NCBI RefSeq assembly: GCF_009914755.1
Contig: NC_060939.1
Reading direction: 5' to 3' (one strand)
From: the human T2T-CHM13v2.0 reference genome, Homo sapiens
DNA: 64,000 nucleotides
How positions within the stretch are numbered: the stretch's first letter is position 1; each line of letters opens with the position of its first letter. The notes beneath the pieces are model-generated. The model saw nothing but the letters and a program-made list of their open reading frames with translations. It had not been told where the DNA came from and made no database searches. Shown piece by piece: positions 56,560-64,000 of this stretch. Position numbers and translations under genes: made by a program.

Positions 56560-57990
56560 CATAAGTTAGAGGAGAAAAACTCTTCCTTTGCTATTCTAAG
56601 GTAGGTCTGACTGTCACCAGGCTGCAACCCTAATTGCCAAGATCCCTTCTTGATTACCCTTTGTAGCTTGATTGCTTCCACTTCCTTGCTGATAAAGATT
56701 ACTGAAAGGTTAAGAATACAGGGCCAAAAACCAGTAAAAGTATGATCATCACCAGTAGGCAAAGGACACCTTTTACTGCATTCCAGGTGTCGTTAGAGCT
56801 AATCTTGGTTACCCCAAAGGAGTTAGAGCCATTCTGCTTGTTTAAACATTTCCATTATATTAACTTCTATCTCCCCAGAGGTGTTTACTCAGGTGCAACA
56901 GGAGGTATTGGTGATCACACATACTTCTTATTGTTTTGCTAGTAGATAGTCTAAGGCCAACTGATTGTCCAGTACTACACTGGCCAGTGAATTGAAAGAA
57001 GGCTGTATATTTTGAAGAGACTTCCTGGTATTACCTGTGAGATTTTTTGACTGGGTTATATTTCTTAGGGTAGCCTCATGATAGGCGAAGCCCCTCAAGG
57101 GGCAGCCAACCGTACAGCAAGTACTATACCTACCAGGATCAGCCCAAGAGCCCTCTTAGACTTAATTGCAATGGCAGGTTTTGGTATGAATGGTTATTCC
57201 ATTGGGTCCCAAAACACCTATTATATATTGTCCTGTGTGTATTACATTATCTACACAAGGGTGAACTACCACTAGCGATGGAAAAGAAAAGGTAGCAGCA
57301 GAGGAGCTATTAGGGAGGTGGTGGTGGGGAGAGCCACAAATGAACACACACCCTGCGGATGCACACACCCTTGTGGGAATGGGGAAGTTTAGCCAATGAA
57401 GTAATTAAGAGCCCTGAAGGGGAGGGTGAATCTTCTGACAATGAGGGCACAGGGGGCCTTTTTGAGTCCAGGTGAAATTTATTTTTATTACTGAAGCTAT
57501 TGCTGGAGGTGGGTAGTGGAGTCCCCAGTATCCCTTGTTGGCTGAGGTAGGTGCTGGACCATATGAGTCTTTGACTCTTGGAGTAAGATCCATGCAACCC
57601 ATAGACAGGGAATCGCACAGAACAGGTGTGGGTTGGACTTTAGATTTTCATGGCACCTGTGTAAGGTTGAAATCACCTCCCCAAGGACACACAGTGTGCA
57701 ATGTTCCTCAAGTCTGGAGGTGCCTGTGATATGTCCGGCATTAAGACAGATTGTTCTGGCTGGCTATAATGTGGTAGAAGTTGACTATTGCCTTTGTGCC
57801 CCAGAGTTCTTTGGCTGCTGAGATCAAAATCACCAAACAGCATAAGAAAAAAAGAAAGAATACATTTGTATTTATCTAGACTAAGCACTCAGAGGTGGCT
57901 CAGAGATGAGGATGGTATTAGGCGAAGGGTCACTAGTTTAAGGAAACACCATGGGGCTTTCAGGGAGTGCTTGAGGGATTGTGGTTGAGC
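56560..57990 (-). pseudogene. env remnant (gamma-type TM, envV-like)
   Basis: KSKR/ALGLILVGIVLAVRLAAP*G, frameshift, GFAYHEATLRNIT...SLASVVLDNQLALDYLLAKQ*EVCVITNTSCCT*VNTSG (furin site, fusion peptide, ISD, CX6CC), then PCILNL...IKLQ. Confidence 0.88.
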
Positions 57991-58279
57991 TATATGCAGT
58001 GTTTTATCAAGATGCCAGAGGGATATCAATCAGGACTAGCATGGTCAATATGTTCCAATACAAAAGGAAACAGCGCCCTAAGCCAGGGACCACCTGTGTG
58101 GACTACAGAACAAGTCCTAATGCAATCAGAAGCAGACAGCACTAAAGTGACACCAAGAACTCTCCTGGAAGGTAGAGACGTGTAAGTTTTATAGCAGTGA
58201 CCTCTTTAGATGGGTCTAAGTATTCTTATCTTTTGGGAGTCCAGGTCGGGTTTTCAGAACAGCCATTTTAAATCCGAGA

Positions 58280-58890
58280 TGGGTTCAGCCCAGTACAGCC
58301 CAGTATGAGGGAGTTTCCTGCACTGGTGCATCCACCTGTTTCACTCATGTGTGGTGAATCTGTGGGGTGACGCCCTTAAGTTTTAAGGCAGAATGTGTGG
58401 TCACAGTCACTAAGTATGGTCGCATCCGTTTTGGACCTAATTGCCTCTCTGGGCTTTGGACCTTCCAGGTTTTCAGATACGCCCAATCTCCATGGACATA
58501 AGGATGCAGAACCAGATCTGTCAATGACAGAGAAGCCTAGTTTCTGTAAGCTTCAAAAACATAGGCCACCTCCCTGATATGTAATGCATATTTTAGTTGT
58601 TCCTGTTCCTGTGGACTCAGCCCCTTCCCTGTGGCTGCCTCTGGGATTGGTCGCCCACACATCAGTTCAAATGTACTCAGTTTCTAAGTTCGCCTTTTGG
58701 GGCAGTCCTCATTCTACGAAGAGCCATGAGTAAGAGAGTGAGTTTTCCTGTTTCTTGGTACAGTTTAGCCAGGGTTCTCTTTAAGCTTTCGTTGGCTCTT
58801 TCCACTTCTCCTGAGGATTGGGGTCTCCATGCTATATGAAGTTTCCAGATGATTCCTAGGCCTTGGGCTACCTTGGGCCGCAGATACCAC
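58280..58890 (-). pseudogene. Class I integrase remnant
   Basis: LGIIWKLHIAWRPQSSGEVERANESLKRTLAKL...LMALRRMRTAP. Confidence 0.88.
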
Positions 58891-60034
58891 TGCAGATCTT
58901 CTCCAAATAAGGCGAGCCTAACTAATGGGGCCCAGGGCATGTTTGCCAGTGCAGATGGGAATTTGGAGTATCCCTGCCTCAGTGAGAGAAGCTGCAATGT
59001 GGAGGGGATAAGTCGTCCTTAAGGGTGTTGAGGGAAGGAAGGAAAAAATGGGAAGGAAGAAAAAATGTATTGCTTTACAGACAGGGTGATGATAGGCCAA
59101 AGCAAGGGAAGAGAGGTGAGTAGGCAGGGTAGAGAGCACAGCCATGGGCAGCGGCAGGAAGGCAGACATGGCAGTGGTTGAAGCAGTGGGACACAGGCAC
59201 CAGGAGGGAGGCAGAGGCTGCAGCAGCAGAGACAGAAAAAGAGAAGAAAGATGATTTAAACCATGCACAGGACTAACACCATTGAGCTCAGGCATGCCTG
59301 GCACTTTCCTGAGGTCCAATCAGGCATCCCCAGTCTCCCAGTCTGGTCCATCTGTTTCAGATGGTCTTCCCTAGATGCCTCAATTAAACCATGGGTATTT
59401 CTTTCAATTCCCAGAATGTGATCCATAAACCTCACAATGGAGATATCTTCCAATGCCCCAAAAGTGAGATTTGCCCTTTCCTGATGCCTTTTCCCAATTT
59501 GATAAATGCCCATGTTACCAGCTATCGCAGTCCTCTCAGGGTTGTGGCCACTGGCCTGATGAGGAGAGGACTGACAGGGTGATGGGCTTCGATACAGAGT
59601 AGCATGGTCATGGGCTCAAGCCCCACCTGCAGACACTCCCAGCAGACACTCCAAGCCATGACAATTTGACTTGGGTGTTGGCCCAAGATAAGCTGCTACT
59701 TCCCACTGCTCCAGCTGCTGGGAGTCACTGGTTAGGAGGTGCCACTCAGTCCCCAGCTGAGGGAGGCCATGGCCATCCTGGACAAGCATCCAGAAATTGT
59801 CACTGTTGAGTGAGTTCTTTCCCTACTTTGTACCACAAAGAAAGAACACCCAATTAGAAACAAAGGCAAGCGGTTTTTATTTCTGGCCAGGAAGAGAGGA
59901 GACAAGCTCTCACTCAATATGCCCCTTCTCCAGAACAATAGAAGACAAGGGTTTTTTAAGGACTGGGTACAGAGAAGGAGAGGAATGTAAGCACATTTGG
60001 GGTTGGAGTCCAGACCCACAGGCTCCATTCATAA

Positions 60035-60343
<309 letters not shown>

Positions 60344-61374
60344 CATACAACTTAAATATACAATGGAGGGTTTTTTTTGCAGGAGAGGGAACTTTAGCAT
60401 TATAATAATATGTTAATGCTTTAAAGGTAACTAGGGGGTCTTCTGCTCCAGCTTGGACAGGTTTGGGGTCTTATCTCCCTCTGGTATCTGGTTAATGGTT
60501 ATGAAGCTCTGGCACCATCTGATTTCTTGAAATAGCTGTGCCTATATATAAGGCACTAAAGAAAAATAGTAAGAAAAAGAACTTTCCCAGCTACTTCATC
60601 AGAGTTGCACTGGTAACAAATTGACAAGGAAATGTGGTTATTTCTGCAGCATACAACAATTTATCATAATAATCATAATTATTAATGATAACATAAACTA
60701 AGACATATCAGAATTTTAGGAATCTCATGCAATTTTGGAACACATTTCTAACACATTTATATAAATATAACTGAAGGAAAGTTAAACACCATTTCCTACA
60801 TGACAATGCTTCCTATATAATTTTAACATACTGTGTAAGCCTCTTGGACTTCAGGAGGCCATAATATCTAAAAAGTTAGTTTGAGGTCAGAAAGACTGAA
60901 GTTAGAACTTGACATTTTGCTTTTGAAAAGTTTGTCAAATATCAAATGTATAAAACACTTGATATCACAAAATAGGATCATAGGTCACTACCAAATGTCA
61001 TTCATTTAGCCAAAATGACAAAATATTTAAAAACACACTTTTACTCTTTGATAGTTTCCCAAACAGTAAGCCCTAATAAAGACAGCATGAAACCAACTCA
61101 GTCTCTCTCTCTCTCCTTTTTTTCCTGATGTTTACTCAAAAGTTAAACAAAAATCTTTCATTATTTCTTACTAATATTACATGAAAACTTTGTTCAAAAG
61201 AAAAAAACAATTTTGTTGTTTTGTTTTCTATACATTCTTTGTATATTATTAGTGTTAAAGCTAATTTTAATACAAATTTATAAATATATCTATCTAATTT
61301 TAATCAGTTTGACCATAAGATAAATTTGCCATAAACCTTTTATAACATTTTACAATTTTATATTAAATAGATCA

Positions 61375-61649
61375 GGTCTGCTCTGGTGGCTCATGCCTTT
61401 CATACTGACATTCTGGGAAGCCAAGGCAGGAGGATTACTTGAGCCCAGGAGTTTGAGACCAGCTTGGACAAAATTAGCTGGGCCTGGTGGTATATGCCTG
61501 TAATCCCAGCCACTCAAGAGGCTAAGGTGGGATGATCACTTGAGCCTGCGATGTCAAGGCTGCAGTGAGCCAGGATTGTGTCACTGCACTCCAGCCTGGG
61601 CAGACAGAATGAGACCTTATCTCAAAATAAATAAATAAATAAATAAATA
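61375..61649 (+). mobile_element. AluJ with internal deletion
   Basis: TTGAGCCCAGGAGTTTGAG, AAGGCTGCAGTGAGC and a (TAAA)n tail. Confidence 0.85.
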
Positions 61650-62147
61650 GCGCAGATCAGTGCTCCAAGAAAACCCTGCTATTCCAATACAGGGGCCCAG
61701 ATGCTGGCTTTGCATTATTGTGCTTTCGACATTAATGTTTAATTCACAGAAAAACTCTGAATTATCTCTCAAAATTGGCTTTCAACATCTCATGCACCCA
61801 CATCTTCCATGACAGTCTCTGGGCCTAGAGAGACGGAATAATATTAATTTCTGAACCTGTGTCTCACAAAAGCAGCTCATTTTGTTTGTTGCTTTCTCCC
61901 TGGTCTGAAGGCAAAGTTTTGAGTTGTGTCAATGTTCAAGATTGAGAAGAAGTTGGTGCCTTTTTCAGACCCAGGAATCAAAGCCCAGTAATTTAATAGC
62001 ACAAAGATTATAAAACAGTAAAGAAAGTTATATGGATGTAAAAACCTTCTTTTAATCTCAGTTTTCGTAAATGATTAAAAACAACTAATAACAATGACAT
62101 AGTAATTATCTTGATAAAATGTAAAACCTGTTTCTTAGGCCAGTTAC

Positions 62148-63134
62148 TGTGGGCGGAGGATTACCTAGGTGCTGAGGCAAGAGACTAAAAGCACAAACTG
62201 TTTCAATATAATAAAAAAATAGTTAAAATAAAAATAGTCATAATACAAATTAAATATAAAGATGATCATAAACAATTACCAATCATTATTATAAACATTA
62301 TTAATCATTAGTTTTTAATATTACTCTTTGTTACATTACTAATATAACGTAAAAATAACCGGCAAATATAAGGTCAAGTACTAAAGAGACATTATAAAAC
62401 GTGACCTAAAAAACAAGAGGTGAGCCTTCTGTCACACCCACATAAGGTCCGCTTGTGAGCTCCTTAGTCAAGCGATAACGCCAGTGTCTAAAAAGGCACC
62501 CATTACTTAACAAACCACAAAAGAGAGTCTTCTTTCCTTAAAAAACTCAAAAAACTCTACTCCACCAACTTCTTATAAAAGGCTAAATATTATCCAGGCC
62601 TGCCCACAGTCATCCAGAGGCCTAAACCCCTCCCTATAGTACTGTGCTTCAATAGTCACGCTCCTTGTCCACTTTCATGTTCCTCCCATACTCCTAGTTC
62701 CTCCTCAAAGTTCATAATAAATAGTGACAAAATAAAAGTCTTAAAATCTTTAATCTTTCTTATAAGTGCAAAAAAAAAAAAAAAAACAATAGAAACCATC
62801 TGACATATACTGCCTTCTCTCTCTGCTTCGGCTACCTAAAAGAAAAGGGCCCCTAATCCTATAATCACGTGACTTACTTCACCTTGTCAATCACTTAAAA
62901 GATTCACCCTTCTTACCCTACCCCTTGTCTTATATACAATAAATATCAGCGAGCCCAGCCGTTCGGGGCCACTACTGGTCTCCACATCTTAATAGTAGTT
63001 GTCCCCCGGGCCCAACTGTTTTCTCTTTATCTCTTTGTCTTATATCTTTATTTATTACAATCTCTCATCTCCACACACACAAAAAAACACTCACTAAGCC
63101 CCATAGGACTAGACCCTACATCTGCTGCCCAACG
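62148..63134 (+). mobile_element. LTR13-type (HERV-K13) LTR, G-to-A hypermutated, followed by a PBS remnant
   Basis: TGTGGGCGGAGGATTACC start, AATAAA at ~62938, ...GACCCTACA end at 63120. 6-bp TSD AGTTAC at 62142-62147 and 63135-63140. Confidence 0.88.
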
Positions 63135-64000
63135 AGTTACCAGAAGGCAAAGAAAGACCTTCTGCAGTGTGATTGCTTCTCCTTATGAGAAGCCCACTTA
63201 GACAACCTGAAAGTCAAACCTGATGAACAATGTAAACATAAAGAAAAAGGCTTTTTTAATTCTCCTGAGTACAGAATCAAGTTATACTGGAGGAAAGGCT
63301 TGCTTTTCTAGACCCTCAAGATAAACATTTCAGCATCGGGTCACAACAGCACTTAGAACTTGACAGAAAAAAATAATTACAGGAGTTGATGAAAAAGTTG
63401 GAGAGAATGATCATCTCAGTCTTTTTCAAGTAGAGCATAAAAGCTGAAAGCAGCAAGACACAACACAGTTGCACTTCTGAGCTATGAATCTGAGAAGTTT
63501 TAAAAAGAAGTAGATTATAGAATCAAAATCAAAACCTCTTGCACAAAACTGCTTCCCATACAAAATTATTCTCTTTTCCTTATAACCTTTCCTACCTGGA
63601 TCACCTGGGCTCAAGTGATCCTCCCATCTCAGCCTGTTGAGTAGCTGGGACTACAGGTGTGTGTCACCACACCAGCTAATACATATTAATATCCACAATT
63701 TCTGTTTTCACATCTCTCTCCTATACTTACTGGTTCCTTTCTTCCTTGTTTCATAAATAACTTTTCCAAGTACATAACTTGAATCAACCTTTAGATAACT
63801 TCTGAATTATACAAAATTATCTTTCTCAATAAGAACACATCTTCTTCAGCACATTTTATATGCAAAATTATATAATAACTAGAATTTGTATTCTTAGTAA
63901 CCTTAAATTTTAGTGAAAACCTAGGAAGCAAGAGATCTTGGACTGTCTCTCAGATTCACTCTGTTGCTCAGGCTGGGTGCAGTAACAGTGTCATGACTCA

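Noticed and set aside
56560-57990. Functional syncytin-like env gene
   Set aside because: Multiple in-frame stops and frameshifts within the fusion peptide and ISD.
59030-59250. Purine-rich GGCAG-repeating tract
   Set aside because: Low-complexity internal segment of the nested provirus with no regular period.

Overview
Primate (almost certainly human) genomic DNA from the imprinted Prader-Willi region, 15q11-q13. There is one intact protein-coding gene, the intronless retrogene MKRN3 (34197-35720, +, 507 aa makorin RING/C3H protein). It has a CpG-rich ETS/YY1 promoter, three miR-30 seed sites and a poly(A) signal. The MIR4508 hairpin lies about 3.7 kb upstream on the minus strand. The rest is a dense, nested mosaic of decayed retroelements: about 25 Alus, L1 fragments, MaLR (MST/THE1/MLT1), ERVL pol remnants, MER4-group internals, solo LTRs and a nested class I provirus with an envV-like env relic. 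The most unusual observations are: (i) a strongly G-to-A hypermutated LTR13 whose target-site duplication encloses a primer-binding-site remnant; (ii) an unexplained ~180-190 bp inverted repeat about 4.5 kb upstream of MKRN3; (iii) short templated insertions/duplications inside old repeats; and (iv) upstream ORFs in the MKRN3 leader. I found no convincing novel coding system. Repeat subfamily names come from memory of consensus sequences, and their boundaries are approximate.
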